Of a DNA stretch of 64,000 nucleotides, positions 1 to 10,569 are shown one piece after another. Within the stretch, counting starts at the first letter, position 1. Each line of letters opens with the position of its first letter. The stretch is taken from NCBI GenBank assembly GCA_963675465.2, contig CAXXVY010000007.1, positions 15,065-79,064 on the forward strand, in the 5' to 3' direction. Source of the stretch: Rhodospirillales bacterium (lineage in GTDB: Bacteria > Pseudomonadota > Alphaproteobacteria > Rhodospirillales > Shumkoniaceae). The notes under the pieces are model-generated. The model saw nothing but the letters and a program-made list of their open reading frames with translations, was not told where the DNA came from and ran no database searches. Made by a program: the position numbers and the translations under genes.

Positions 1-536
1 TAAAGCAGATCGTCGTGACGGGTCGCCGCCCGCGCCGCCTCCTCGAAGCGCTTCGTTCCCTGGCGCCCGCCGAGCGTGATCCCGAAGGGCCGCAACATTC
101 CCCGGATCTGTCCGAAAAACGTCCGCTTGTTCCGCATCAACTGATCCCGCGCCGACAACAGCGCCTTGAGACGGTGGCTCTCCTCCGACTTGACGAACAC
201 CTCCGTGAACCAACCCGTGCGTAGCATCTCCGCCAACGCCCGAGCGTCGGCCCGATCCGTCTTGGTCGGCCGCGCCTTCACCGCGTCCGCCGCTCGCCGG
301 GCATCCATAACCACCACCGGAAGCCCGAACCCCTTCAGCGACCGAGCCAACCACGGCGTCGACGAACCCGTTTCAAGACCGACCTTCGCCAGATCGCCCG
401 CCCAGCGTTCCAGGGCTCGGAAAATCAATTCCGGGTGCGTGTCCGCCCAGCCCTCCCAGACAATGGTCCCCTCCGCCGCGACAACGCAGACCGCCGTCCG
501 CTTGAGGCTCACATCCAATCCAACGTAATATGGCAT
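1..536 (-). CDS. IS110-family transposase (DEDD-type), N-terminal ~178 aa; runs off the left edge of the window
   Basis: Not in the ORF track because it is open at the edge. Manual translation from ATG (complement of 534-536) gives MPYYVGLDVSLKRTAVCVVAAEGTIVWEGWADTHPELIFRALERWAGDLAKVGLETGSSTPWLARSLKGFGLPVVVMDARRAADAVKARPTKTDRADARALAEMLRTGWFTEVFVKSEES... This has the typical IS110/IS116/IS902 N-terminal domain (G-L-D-V-S start, KTDRxDA motif). Confidence 0.8.
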   Translation of the reverse strand, partial: MPYYVGLDVSLKRTAVCVVAAEGTIVWEGWADTHPELIFRALERWAGDLAKVGLETGSSTPWLARSLKGFGLPVVVMDARRAADAVKARPTKTDRADARALAEMLRTGWFTEVFVKSEESHRLKALLSARDQLMRNKRTFFGQIRGMLRPFGITLGGRQGTKRFEEAARAATRHDDLL

Positions 537-597
537 CGCTGCTCTCCTCTTTGGGTTTCCACCAGAGAGCGTCTTCGCTCTCGGGGAGAGCAGCAAC
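1..597 (-). mobile_element. 5' portion of an IS110-family insertion sequence; element boundary not determined, lies somewhere in 537-642
   Basis: Transposase CDS plus a structured leader (nested hairpins 538-594) immediately upstream of its ATG. The ccrM stop codon at 643-645 limits the upstream end. Confidence 0.5.
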
Positions 598-642
598 CTT
601 CATGTATGGGATGTATAAGATGATAGCCGGGCGTGGCCGCCG

Positions 643-1794
<1,152 letters not shown>

Positions 1795-1796
1795 CT

Positions 1797-2429
1797 TCAC
1801 GCAATATCTAGGAGTCGGGGCGCTGTCGCGCCCAAAATCTTGGCAATCGGCGCGAAGCTCTTCCGGTGGTGAGGCGTGACGCCGAAGCGTTCCAGCGCGA
1901 CGCGATGCGTTTTCGTGCCGTATCCGGCGTTGCGTTCCCACCCGTAGGCCGGGAACTCCGAGGCGAGTTCCGCCATCATGCGGTCCCGGGCGACCTTGGC
2001 GACGATCGAGGCGGCTGCGATGGACAGGCTTTTGCCGTCGCCTTTGACGACGCAGTGGGCCGGGCAGGCCAGCGTCGGTGCCTTGTTGCCGTCGATCAGG
2101 GCGATGGCCGGCGGTCGGGGCAGGGCGGCGACGGCGCGGGTCATGGCCAGCAGGCTGGCGCGCAGAATGTTGATCTCGTCGACCTCCTCGACTGTCGCGA
2201 GCCCCAGTCCGACTTCGGCATGCTCCCACAACAACGGCGCCAGTGCTTCGCGGCGTTTGGCGCTCAGGCGTTTCGAATCGTCCAGACCCGTCAGAATCGC
2301 CATCGTCTCCGTATTGCGGGGCAGAATCACGGCGGCTGCCACGACCGGCCCCGCCCATGGCCCGCGTCCGACCTCGTCGACCCCGGCGATGGGACCGGCG
2401 AACCCTTCTTCAAGCGTAAAGTCCGGCAT
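1797..2429 (-). CDS. rnhB: Ribonuclease HII
   Basis: The GVDEVGRGPWAGPVVAAAV motif is the RNase HII catalytic DE-containing N-terminus, and the length fits. The internal start MPDF at 2429 is preferred over the track start at 2444. Confidence 0.9.
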   Translation of the reverse strand: MPDFTLEEGFAGPIAGVDEVGRGPWAGPVVAAAVILPRNTETMAILTGLDDSKRLSAKRREALAPLLWEHAEVGLGLATVEEVDEINILRASLLAMTRAVAALPRPPAIALIDGNKAPTLACPAHCVVKGDGKSLSIAAASIVAKVARDRMMAELASEFPAYGWERNAGYGTKTHRVALERFGVTPHHRKSFAPIAKILGATAPRLLDIA

Positions 2430-4044
2430 CGCGGTCTCCGTCATCTGTCAGCGGCAGGGCGACGGTGATCGTGGTGCCGCGGCCCCGCGCGCTGTCGATG
2501 CGGATCGAACCCCCGTGCAGTTCGACGATCCGTTTGGCCAACGGCAGGCCGAGTCCGGTGCCGTTGTGGCGGCGGTGCAGGGGCGTTTGTTCCGCCTGCC
2601 CGAAGGGAATGAGGGCGAGTCGGATATCGTCGTCGTTCATGCCGATCCCGGTGTCGCTGACCGTCACCGTGAGGGTCGTGTCCGTGGTTACGGCACCGAT
2701 CGCGACGGAACCCTCCGGCGTGAACTTGGCGGCGTTGTAGATCAGATTGGTGAAAGCCTGCCGCAAGCGGTCGCGATCGGCGAACAGCGGCGGCATTTCC
2801 TCCGGAACGTCGAGCCGCACCGTCACCGTGTTGGCGTTGAGCGCGGGCCGGCAGGCGTTCACGCAATCCCCCAGCAGGACCGAAATTGAAATCCAGGATT
2901 TCTCGATCGGGAGCTTGCCGAGGTCGATCCGCGACATGTCCAGAAGGTCGTTAATCAACCGTAATAAATGCCGGCCGCTCTCGTTGATGTTTCCCGCGTA
3001 TTCCCGGTAGGTTTCGGGCATCTCACCCAGGATTTCCTGCCCCATGACTTCCGAAAAGCCGAGGATCGAATTCAGCGGTGTCCTCAGTTCGTGGCTCATG
3101 TTGGCGAGAAAGTTGGATTTGGCGAGATTGGCGGTGACCGCCTGATCCCGGGCGGCGCGTAGATCGGCGGTCCGTTCCGTGACGCGGCGTTCCAGGTCTT
3201 CGTTAAGCATGCGCAGGCGCGTTTCAGCGTTCCGGCGATCGGAGATTTCCTTGTTCAGAGCCTGGGTCCGTTGCTGAACGGTTTCCTCCAATCCGTCCCG
3301 GGTCCGCGACAATTCCCCCTCGTAGGCCTGTTTTTCAAGCCACAGACGGGCGACGGCTTCCCGGAAGCCATTGAGCTTGCCGATGACCTTTCCCAGTTCG
3401 TCGTCGGCATGTCCCCGCGGCGGTGCCACCATGCCGCGACCCGGCGCATTGGGATCGATGGCGTCCAGATTGCCGGCGATACCGATCAGGGGACGGCTGA
3501 CCATGACGTGGAAAATGCCCAGGAGCAACAAAGCCAGAATGACGTTGTAGGCGAGATTGAGAACGAACATCTGGACGACGCGGTCGTAAAACATCGCCAG
3601 ACGGGCATCGACATCGACCGTGACTTCGAGCGTTCCGGTGATGAGTTCGGAGCGCACCGCATTGTTGAGATCGATGTGGTAGAGGCGGATGCCGTCGGTC
3701 AGCCATTCGGTGACCGGGCGGGTGGCGCTGATATTCCGCATCCTTTGGGCTCGGGCGAGAATTTCCCCGGTCTCGTCCCGAATCACCGTCCTCAGAAAAA
3801 AACGGTGTTCCAGAAGCCCGTCGGCGATCTCCCAGGCGATGGTTTCGTTCAGGGTCAGTACCGCATTGGCCGCGGGCCGACTGGCCGAGGCCATCGCCCC
3901 GTTCACGTCGTTGTCCAACCGGCGCATGACGGCGCGAAAATCGAGTACCGCCTGAACGGTGCTGAAAACCAGCCCGACCAGAATGCCGACCGCGATCGCG
4001 GTCCGTGCCAATTTCCAGGAAATCCGCGTTGCGAACGCACTCAT
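2410..4044 (-). CDS. Membrane sensor histidine kinase (2 TM + periplasmic loop, HAMP, coiled coil, HisKA, HATPase_c)
   Basis: 544 aa. H-box [23 protein letters not shown]-box NLIYNAAKFTP, G-boxes DTGIGM and GTGLGLPLAK. Confidence 0.85.
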   Translation of the reverse strand: MSAFATRISWKLARTAIAVGILVGLVFSTVQAVLDFRAVMRRLDNDVNGAMASASRPAANAVLTLNETIAWEIADGLLEHRFFLRTVIRDETGEILARAQRMRNISATRPVTEWLTDGIRLYHIDLNNAVRSELITGTLEVTVDVDARLAMFYDRVVQMFVLNLAYNVILALLLLGIFHVMVSRPLIGIAGNLDAIDPNAPGRGMVAPPRGHADDELGKVIGKLNGFREAVARLWLEKQAYEGELSRTRDGLEETVQQRTQALNKEISDRRNAETRLRMLNEDLERRVTERTADLRAARDQAVTANLAKSNFLANMSHELRTPLNSILGFSEVMGQEILGEMPETYREYAGNINESGRHLLRLINDLLDMSRIDLGKLPIEKSWISISVLLGDCVNACRPALNANTVTVRLDVPEEMPPLFADRDRLRQAFTNLIYNAAKFTPEGSVAIGAVTTDTTLTVTVSDTGIGMNDDDIRLALIPFGQAEQTPLHRRHNGTGLGLPLAKRIVELHGGSIRIDSARGRGTTITVALPLTDDGDRDAGLYA

Positions 4045-4230
4045 CTCCTTGCGCTATCCCGGCGTGTCATGCATTTCCTCGTCTTTTTTTCCGGCGTCGT
4101 TCCTTGAGCGCCGTGTTGAATATCAACGCTGGGCTGCCGGAATGCAATCGGTTGTCGCGGCATCGGCGAACTCGTTTGATGATTGCGGCGTTCCGAAACC
4201 CGGATCGGTCGTCCAGAGCCATGGATATCA

Positions 4231-5115
4231 TCATTCCGACCGGTATGGATCACACCAATCCTCCGGCAGCCACGCGGCTTTTCGCTCGGAAAGGAAGGGA
4301 TTCGGGAGCCGTATGACGTGGCGTTGCGCCAATCCGGCGCGGCGGATGTCGTCTCCGAAGTAGGATTGGAACAAGGCGTCGAAACGGCCGTCGGCGATCA
4401 TCCGGCGCAGCCCGCTTTCGACCCGCTCGGCGAGGCGTGGGGTGCGCGGCGAGACGAAGACGTAGCTCGGCAGCGGGATGTTGAGCGCGAGACGGGGTTC
4501 GATGATCACATGGGGAATGCGGTCCCGCATGGCTTCCATTTCGCCGAAAACCTCGTTGATTCCGCGCGGCAGGAAATCGGAGCGCCGGTATTCCAGCATG
4601 GTGAAGACGCCGTCGTAATCCTGCGCCTGCACGACGTCGAAACCGGCCGCCTCCAGGATCTGGGTCGTCGACCATTGCGACCGCAGGCCGACCCGCAGCC
4701 GCTTCAGGTCCTCGACGGTTCGGACGCGGTTGAAACGCTCGCGGTCGTCGGCGTGAATCAGGAGAAGCCGGTAATCCAGAAGCCCCCGCAGAACCGGCAC
4801 CCGGATCGTCAGCAGGGCCGCTTCGAGGTCCGGCTTGGTGGGGGCGATGTGGACGTTGAGGAGATGTCCGCGAACGAGTTCCCGCAGCGTGCGGTCGCGG
4901 GGCATGGCGGGGAGGCTGGCGTCGAGCAGGAAGGGGCCGTGGGTATCCTCGGTGGCTTTCAGGGCCGCGCGGATCAGATCGACCTTGTAGCCGACGCGGG
5001 TGTCGCGCGCCGAATGCCCGCCTTCGACCCGCACCACATCGGAAGCCGCCGCCGGAACGCCGGTAATCATCGCCGCCGCGACAACCACGTTCACCAGGAG
5101 AGCCAATGCGCGCAT
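4231..5115 (-). CDS. Periplasmic solute-binding-protein-like protein (family 3 / transporter substrate-binding domain)
   Basis: The internal start MRALALLVNVVVAAAMITGVPAAA gives a signal peptide. The track ORF (to 5283) would overlap gor. The fold assignment is by general resemblance only. Confidence 0.55.
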   Translation of the reverse strand: MRALALLVNVVVAAAMITGVPAAASDVVRVEGGHSARDTRVGYKVDLIRAALKATEDTHGPFLLDASLPAMPRDRTLRELVRGHLLNVHIAPTKPDLEAALLTIRVPVLRGLLDYRLLLIHADDRERFNRVRTVEDLKRLRVGLRSQWSTTQILEAAGFDVVQAQDYDGVFTMLEYRRSDFLPRGINEVFGEMEAMRDRIPHVIIEPRLALNIPLPSYVFVSPRTPRLAERVESGLRRMIADGRFDALFQSYFGDDIRRAGLAQRHVIRLPNPFLSERKAAWLPEDWCDPYRSE

Positions 5116-5191
5116 CGCCCGCCGATCCCTTGCCCTTGTGGCCGGAAGTGTATCACGGCCGGCCCCGGTTGTCCCGGCGCCGCGCGGGCGG

Positions 5192-6547
5192 TCAGTCGGC
5201 GACGGGTTCGCGCATGGTGACGAATTCCTCGGCCGCCGTCGGGTGAATGCCGATGGTGGCGTCGAACTCCGGCTTGGTGGCACCGCATTTCAGCGCGACC
5301 GCCAGGCCCTGGATGATCTCCGGCGCGTCGTCGCCCAGCATGTGGCAGCCCAGGACCCGTTGGGTCCGGCGGTCGACGACGAGCTTCATGAAGGTTCGTT
5401 CGTCACGGCCCGACAGGGTGTGCTTCATCGGCCGGAACCGGGACTTGTAGACGTCGACGGTGCCGAAGGCCAATCGTGCCGCCGCCTCGGTCAGGCCGAC
5501 CGTCGCCAGCGGCGGCTGGCTGAACACGGCGGTGGCCACGTTGGTGTAGTCGACCGTGGTCGGGGTGCCGTCGAACAGGGTGCGGGCCAGCGCCGCGCCC
5601 TCCGCGATCGCGACCGGGGTCAGGTTCATGCGGTTGGTCACGTCGCCGATCGCACGGACGGATTCCACCGATGTCTGCGAGTAGGAGTCGACCGCGATCG
5701 CGCCGTTGGCATCGGTCTCGATACCCAGGGCTTCCAGCCCCAGGTTGGCGGTGTTCGGGCGGCGGCCGGTGGCGTACATCACCAAGTCGGCGCGCAATAC
5801 GCTGCCGTCGTCCATGTGGACCGCGTACTGGCCGTCGATCTTCTCGATCTTCACCACCAGCCGGCCCGATCGCACGTCGACGCCGCGCTTGACCATCTCT
5901 TCCTGAAGATACTGGCGCAGTTCGTCGTCGAATCCGCGCAGCAGCGCGTCGGCGCGGATCACCTCCGTGACCTGGGTGCCGAACGCATTGAAGATGCCGG
6001 CGAACTCCACCGCGATGTAGCCGCCGCCGACGATCACCAGCCGCCGCGGCTGTTCCATCAGGTCCAGCGCCTCGTTGGAGGTGATGGCGTGCTCGATGCC
6101 GGGGATTTCCGGCAGGGATGGCCACGAACCGGTGGCGAGCAGGATGTGTTCGGCGCTCAGGGTCCTGCCGCCGACCCGCACGGTGTGGGGATCGACGAGG
6201 ACGCCACGCCCCCCCAGAAGATCGACGCCGGACGATTTCAAAAGGCTGATGTAGACGCTGTTGAGGCGGTCGATCTCCTGGTTCTTGGCGGCGATCAACT
6301 GGCCCCATTCGAATTCCGGCCGCGACGCCCGCCAGCCGAAGCCCTCGGCATCCCTGAAATCGTCGGCGAAACGCGACCCGTAGACCAACAGCTTCTTGGG
6401 TACGCAACCGCGGATGACGCAGGTGCCGCCGACCCGGCTGTCCTCGCAGATCGCCACCCGGGCGCCGTAGCGCGCCGCCATGCGCGAGGCCCGCACCCCG
6501 CCCGATCCGGCGCCGATGGTGATGAGGTCGTAATCGTAACGCGCCAT
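5192..6547 (-). CDS. gor: Glutathione-disulfide reductase
   Basis: 451 aa. N-terminal FAD fold YDLITIGAGSGG, redox-active GGTCVIRGCVPKK, and a C-terminal dimerisation domain with HPTAAEE. Confidence 0.85.
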   Translation of the reverse strand: MARYDYDLITIGAGSGGVRASRMAARYGARVAICEDSRVGGTCVIRGCVPKKLLVYGSRFADDFRDAEGFGWRASRPEFEWGQLIAAKNQEIDRLNSVYISLLKSSGVDLLGGRGVLVDPHTVRVGGRTLSAEHILLATGSWPSLPEIPGIEHAITSNEALDLMEQPRRLVIVGGGYIAVEFAGIFNAFGTQVTEVIRADALLRGFDDELRQYLQEEMVKRGVDVRSGRLVVKIEKIDGQYAVHMDDGSVLRADLVMYATGRRPNTANLGLEALGIETDANGAIAVDSYSQTSVESVRAIGDVTNRMNLTPVAIAEGAALARTLFDGTPTTVDYTNVATAVFSQPPLATVGLTEAAARLAFGTVDVYKSRFRPMKHTLSGRDERTFMKLVVDRRTQRVLGCHMLGDDAPEIIQGLAVALKCGATKPEFDATIGIHPTAAEEFVTMREPVAD

Positions 6548-6642
6548 GCCGTTGCCCCTGTTCCTATCCGGCCGCCCCCGCGCGCCGGTACGCCGTATCG
6601 TTCCGATATCGGAATGACTTGCTTCTCTTGAACGTCAAACCC

Positions 6643-8049
6643 TCAAATGTGGATCGCTCGTCCATCCACGTTCAGCGCCGCTTCCTTGATCGCCTCGGCC
6701 AGTCCGGGGTGGCCGTGGGACGATCGCGCCACGTCCTCGGCCGAACCGCCGAATTCCACCGCGACCACCAGTTCCTGAATCAGGTCGCCGGCCTCCGGTC
6801 CGATGATGTGAACGCCGAGAATACGGTCGGTGGCGGCGTCGGCCAGAATCTTGACGAAACCGTCGCTGTCGCCGTTGCAGCGCGCCCGCGAATTGGCCGA
6901 AAACGGATACTTGCCGGTCTTGTAGGCGATGCCGTCCTTTTTCAGGCCTTCCTCGGTGCGGCCGAGCACCGCGACCTCCGGCCAGGTGTAGACGACGGCG
7001 GGAATGGCTTCGTAGTTCACGTGGCCCGACTGTCCGGCGATCTTTTCGACCACGGCGATGCCTTCTTCTTCCGCCTTGTGGGCCAGCATCAGGCCGCCGA
7101 TGACGTCGCCGATGGCGAAGATGCCCGGCACGTCGGTCTGGTAGTCGTCGTCCACCGGTACGAAGCCGCGGTCGGTCACCGTGACGCCGGCGTTTTCCAG
7201 ACCCAGCCCGGCGGTGTGGGGGCGGCGCCCGATGGCGACCAGCACCACGTCGGCCGTCAGTTCCAGCGTGTCGCCGCCATCGACCGGTTCCACGGTCAGG
7301 GTGACGCCGGTATCGCTTGCCGTCGCGCCGGTGACCTTGGACGACAGCATGAAGGTCATGCCTTGTTTCTTGAGCGTGCGTTGCAGGGTTTTGGCGATCT
7401 CGCCGTCCATGCCGGGCACCAGGCTGTCCATGAATTCGACCACCGTCACCTCGGCGCCCAGGCGGCCCCAGACCGACCCGAGTTCGAGGCCGATGACCCC
7501 GCCGCCGATCACCACCAGATGGCCGGGTACCGCGTCCAGCGACAGCGCGCCGGTGGAGGTGACGATGCGCTTTTCATCGACCGTCACGCCCGGCAGCGGC
7601 GCGCTTTCCGACCCGGTGGCGATCAGGATGTTTTCGCATTTCAGGTCCTCGGTCGCGCCGTCGGCCCCGGCGACGCGAACGGTATCGGCGGACTGGATCG
7701 TTCCGGTTCCGATACGGTAGTCGACCTTGTTTTTCTTGAACAGGGATTCGATGCCTTTGGTCAGGCCGACGACCACCTTGTCCTTGCGCGCCATCATGCG
7801 GGCGAGATCCAACTCGACGCTGGCCTTGATGCCGTGTTCGGCGAATTCGTTCCGGGCCTGGGCGTAGTGGTGCGACGATTGCAGCAGCGCCTTGGACGGG
7901 ATGCAGCCGACATTGAGGCAGGTGCCGCCCAACGTGCCGCGCTTTTCGACGCAGGCGACCGAAAGGCCGAGCTGCGCGGCACGGATCGCCGCGACATAGC
8001 CGCCGGGCCCGCCGCCGATGACCACGAGATCGTAGATTTTTTCGCTCAT
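6643..8049 (-). CDS. lpdA: Dihydrolipoyl dehydrogenase (E3)
   Basis: The start MSEKIYDLVVIGGGPGGYVAAIRAAQLG is used; the track start at 8103 adds an unlikely extension. Also has GGTCLNVGCIPSK and a C-terminal HAHPGLAEAIKEAA. Confidence 0.9.
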   Translation of the reverse strand: MSEKIYDLVVIGGGPGGYVAAIRAAQLGLSVACVEKRGTLGGTCLNVGCIPSKALLQSSHHYAQARNEFAEHGIKASVELDLARMMARKDKVVVGLTKGIESLFKKNKVDYRIGTGTIQSADTVRVAGADGATEDLKCENILIATGSESAPLPGVTVDEKRIVTSTGALSLDAVPGHLVVIGGGVIGLELGSVWGRLGAEVTVVEFMDSLVPGMDGEIAKTLQRTLKKQGMTFMLSSKVTGATASDTGVTLTVEPVDGGDTLELTADVVLVAIGRRPHTAGLGLENAGVTVTDRGFVPVDDDYQTDVPGIFAIGDVIGGLMLAHKAEEEGIAVVEKIAGQSGHVNYEAIPAVVYTWPEVAVLGRTEEGLKKDGIAYKTGKYPFSANSRARCNGDSDGFVKILADAATDRILGVHIIGPEAGDLIQELVVAVEFGGSAEDVARSSHGHPGLAEAIKEAALNVDGRAIHI

Positions 8050-8352
8050 GGATGTCCCCCTTGTCGCGCCGTCGTTCCCGCCGCCGGGCCGGAACGGCAG
8101 CATGATAAGCCCTCATCCCGCGAATGTCGAAGGATGAGGGCGTCACACATGTTAGGAATTGTCGGGCGAATTCAAGGGCCTTGACGGCGCGCGGGATGCG
8201 CCGGATCGGCTGGATACTCCGGCGAAGTCCGGGTCGTCCAGGGCGACGGTCGGGGGTCGAGGATTTATCATCGTTTGTAAAATATGTATATATTGTGAAA
8301 AACACAATTACATGTCATCCTGAGCCCCATCCCCCGAGCCCAGGAGCCCCGC

Positions 8353-9864
8353 ATGAACGATTCTTTCCGCATCCGCACTCCGTATGAAGACGACTTCGAA
8401 ACCACGCCGACGGCTGCAGAGATCCTGTACGGCGGCGCCGCGCCGGATACCCCGTATCTGCCGGACGCCGACAAGCCGCTGATCGACGGTGTGACGGCGG
8501 GGCTCGCCAAGGCGCGGGAAACCGCCGATCCCGCCGACCTTTGGGAACTCGCCCGCCAGGTCGGGGACATCAGGCGTTCGCGTCCCGAACTCGAAGACCA
8601 TCTGCCGATGGACGCGGTTGGTGTTCATGACGACTTCTGGCGCGCCTACGACGAGGAACAGGCCGTTTCCACACCCGCCGGCGGCCGTGAAACCCCGGAA
8701 GACCGCGCCCGCTTCCGCGACGCCGCCGCCGCGAGGACGTTGGCCGGCCTGAAAAGCGCCCGAACGGACGCCGCCGGGTCTTCGTTTGGGAAGAGTGTTG
8801 AGAATAAATCAACGACGTTGCCGATGTCCGCGACCCTTTCCACCATCGCCGCGTGGCCGGGCGCGGAGATCGCTCCCGGCGGCGGAGTGATCCTGCGGCC
8901 CCGGCCCGGCATGGCGGCGGGCGGCGGTTCCTTGGACTTGGGCCGGATCGCCGGCGAAGCCGGAAAAACCCTCGGCCGTCAGGTGATCAAGCGCGCGACG
9001 CCCCTCGCGCCGCTGGTCGCCTTTGGCGAGGCCTACAGCCCATCGCCGACCGCGCGCCGCCGCACGGTCATGCTCGACGACGGTCTGCGCTTCACCGGGA
9101 TGAGCGATGAGATCACCGGATCGTTGCAGAAACGCGACCCGGAAACCGGGGAGTGGACAACGCTCAATGCCGACGCGGCGATTCTGACCGACGCCGAGGG
9201 CAACCCGTTCGTCACCGTGACCGAGCTTCCGAACGCCACGCCCCCGAACCGCCCGACACCGCCGCTGCCCGACAGGACCGAAACCATCCCGGACCCGGTG
9301 GATACCCGCATTCCAGGCTTTCCCGGTGAGGCCATCGAAAAACCGGCCATCGAAACCCTGCCGATTCACGAGGAAGAGCCGTTTGTCGAGGGCTATCCCG
9401 ACGATAGCGAAGAGTTCTCCGAACCGTATATCGCGGAACAGACACATCTGATTAAGGACCCGATTCCGATGGGAAAGGGGAACGGACTTCCCCAACCGAC
9501 CGCCGAAGTCGTTTCCCGCGAGAGGGACGAGAAGTGGCAAAGGGTGATGGAAGAGTTTCCTTTAAAGGAAGGTTTGCTCGACGGCTACGGGAAGAGGGTG
9601 ACCAATATCAGCCGACCCGAGGAGACGTTCGACGACGCGCAGAAAGATTTTGAAGAAATCATTTCAGTACTCGGCGTGCCAAAGGAAAAGATCAAATGCA
9701 CGGACAACAATATATGGGTGTATGAATCGCCGGATGGACGCAATGCAGTCACATTGCGGACAAAATCCGGAGATGGACGCACAACGATAGAAATTCACGT
9801 TGATAAGTTAGATAAAGCAACGGACCACGCCTTCAAGATCCGTTATGGTGCAAATCCACGGTAG
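8353..9864 (+). CDS. Hypothetical 503-aa protein; Pro-rich linker plus a low-G+C C-terminal module (candidate polymorphic-toxin-like protein)
   Basis: AGGAG lies 6 nt upstream of the ATG, behind an AT-rich promoter region (8260-8320). No signal peptide and no recognisable trafficking domain. A PPNRPTPPLPDRTETIPDPVDTRIPGFPGE linker is followed by a C-terminal ~130 aa of clearly different composition. Confidence 0.6.
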   Translation: MNDSFRIRTPYEDDFETTPTAAEILYGGAAPDTPYLPDADKPLIDGVTAGLAKARETADPADLWELARQVGDIRRSRPELEDHLPMDAVGVHDDFWRAYDEEQAVSTPAGGRETPEDRARFRDAAAARTLAGLKSARTDAAGSSFGKSVENKSTTLPMSATLSTIAAWPGAEIAPGGGVILRPRPGMAAGGGSLDLGRIAGEAGKTLGRQVIKRATPLAPLVAFGEAYSPSPTARRRTVMLDDGLRFTGMSDEITGSLQKRDPETGEWTTLNADAAILTDAEGNPFVTVTELPNATPPNRPTPPLPDRTETIPDPVDTRIPGFPGEAIEKPAIETLPIHEEEPFVEGYPDDSEEFSEPYIAEQTHLIKDPIPMGKGNGLPQPTAEVVSRERDEKWQRVMEEFPLKEGLLDGYGKRVTNISRPEETFDDAQKDFEEIISVLGVPKEKIKCTDNNIWVYESPDGRNAVTLRTKSGDGRTTIEIHVDKLDKATDHAFKIRYGANPR

Positions 9865-9876
9865 GAGAACATCGGA

Positions 9877-10569
9877 ATGCCGGTCCCACGTTTGTTGTCA
9901 AAGGAGGAGTTCGATCGGGACTGGTTGGCGATTGGCCGCCGGGTCGTGGGTTGCGACGGTTTTCGCGGCTGGCAAGTACCCGCCGTCAGCCCTTTCGCTC
10001 ATACGGAATGGCAGGTCGTTCTGATGGAAGACTCGCCGATCTCGCCAGGGTCGGTTACCCAAGAATGTTGGGACGGGTGTCCTGAAACAAGCTATCCCAC
10101 AGCCCTAAAACTCGAGCATGTGTACGAGCCGTTGATGCGGACTCTCCGGGACCGCGGGACGACCGAAATCTGTCTGGTTGACGAGACCCTTTCTTATGAT
10201 GAAAGGCCCCATCCTTTGGTTATACCACCCATCGAAAGCGATCTCGGATTTGCCTCCAAGGAATTCTCGTGGAGTAGGCCTTGTCTGGTCATCGACCGGA
10301 GCGCGGACTGGGGACTCGCCTGTTATTACGACAGATTCAGCCTTCTCGGCGGCACTGCCGAATTCATTAAGGGATTTTTCGCCAACGCCGGCGGTGAGCG
10401 CGCTGTGCAATTGCGCTTTTACTGGTTCGCCGATACCGACGCGGAACCCTTGCCCGTAGAGATCTTCGAAATCTGTGGCTGGGAGCCGCCCGAGTATTCA
10501 AGATTCAGGTTCCTCGACGGCGAGGAGATTTTTGAATATGCCCCGTTGTGGTGGAACGAGATGAGATAG
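9877..10569 (+). CDS. Hypothetical 230-aa cytoplasmic protein, tightly linked downstream partner (candidate immunity protein)
   Basis: Starts 12 nt after the stop of the preceding ORF, with GGAG in the spacer. Acidic and Trp-rich, with no signal peptide. G+C is lower than the surroundings by eye. Confidence 0.55.
   Translation: MPVPRLLSKEEFDRDWLAIGRRVVGCDGFRGWQVPAVSPFAHTEWQVVLMEDSPISPGSVTQECWDGCPETSYPTALKLEHVYEPLMRTLRDRGTTEICLVDETLSYDERPHPLVIPPIESDLGFASKEFSWSRPCLVIDRSADWGLACYYDRFSLLGGTAEFIKGFFANAGGERAVQLRFYWFADTDAEPLPVEIFEICGWEPPEYSRFRFLDGEEIFEYAPLWWNEMR

Noticed and set aside
4231-5283. N-terminally extended versions of several track ORFs: 4231-5283, 6643-8103, 13425-14870, 23710-25233, 43479-44726, 45295-47502, 52509-53231, 56684-57178, 57139-57807, 58855-60012, 60009-61040.
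   Set aside because: The extensions are Arg/Pro-rich, overlap the upstream gene, and precede an internal start that yields a proper signal peptide or conserved N-terminus. Internal starts were used instead.
9877-10569. Assigning the 230-aa ORF to a named immunity family (SUKH/SMI1-KNR4, Imm).
   Set aside because: Resemblance (…DRSADWGLACYYD…) is too vague to call by eye. It is left as hypothetical.
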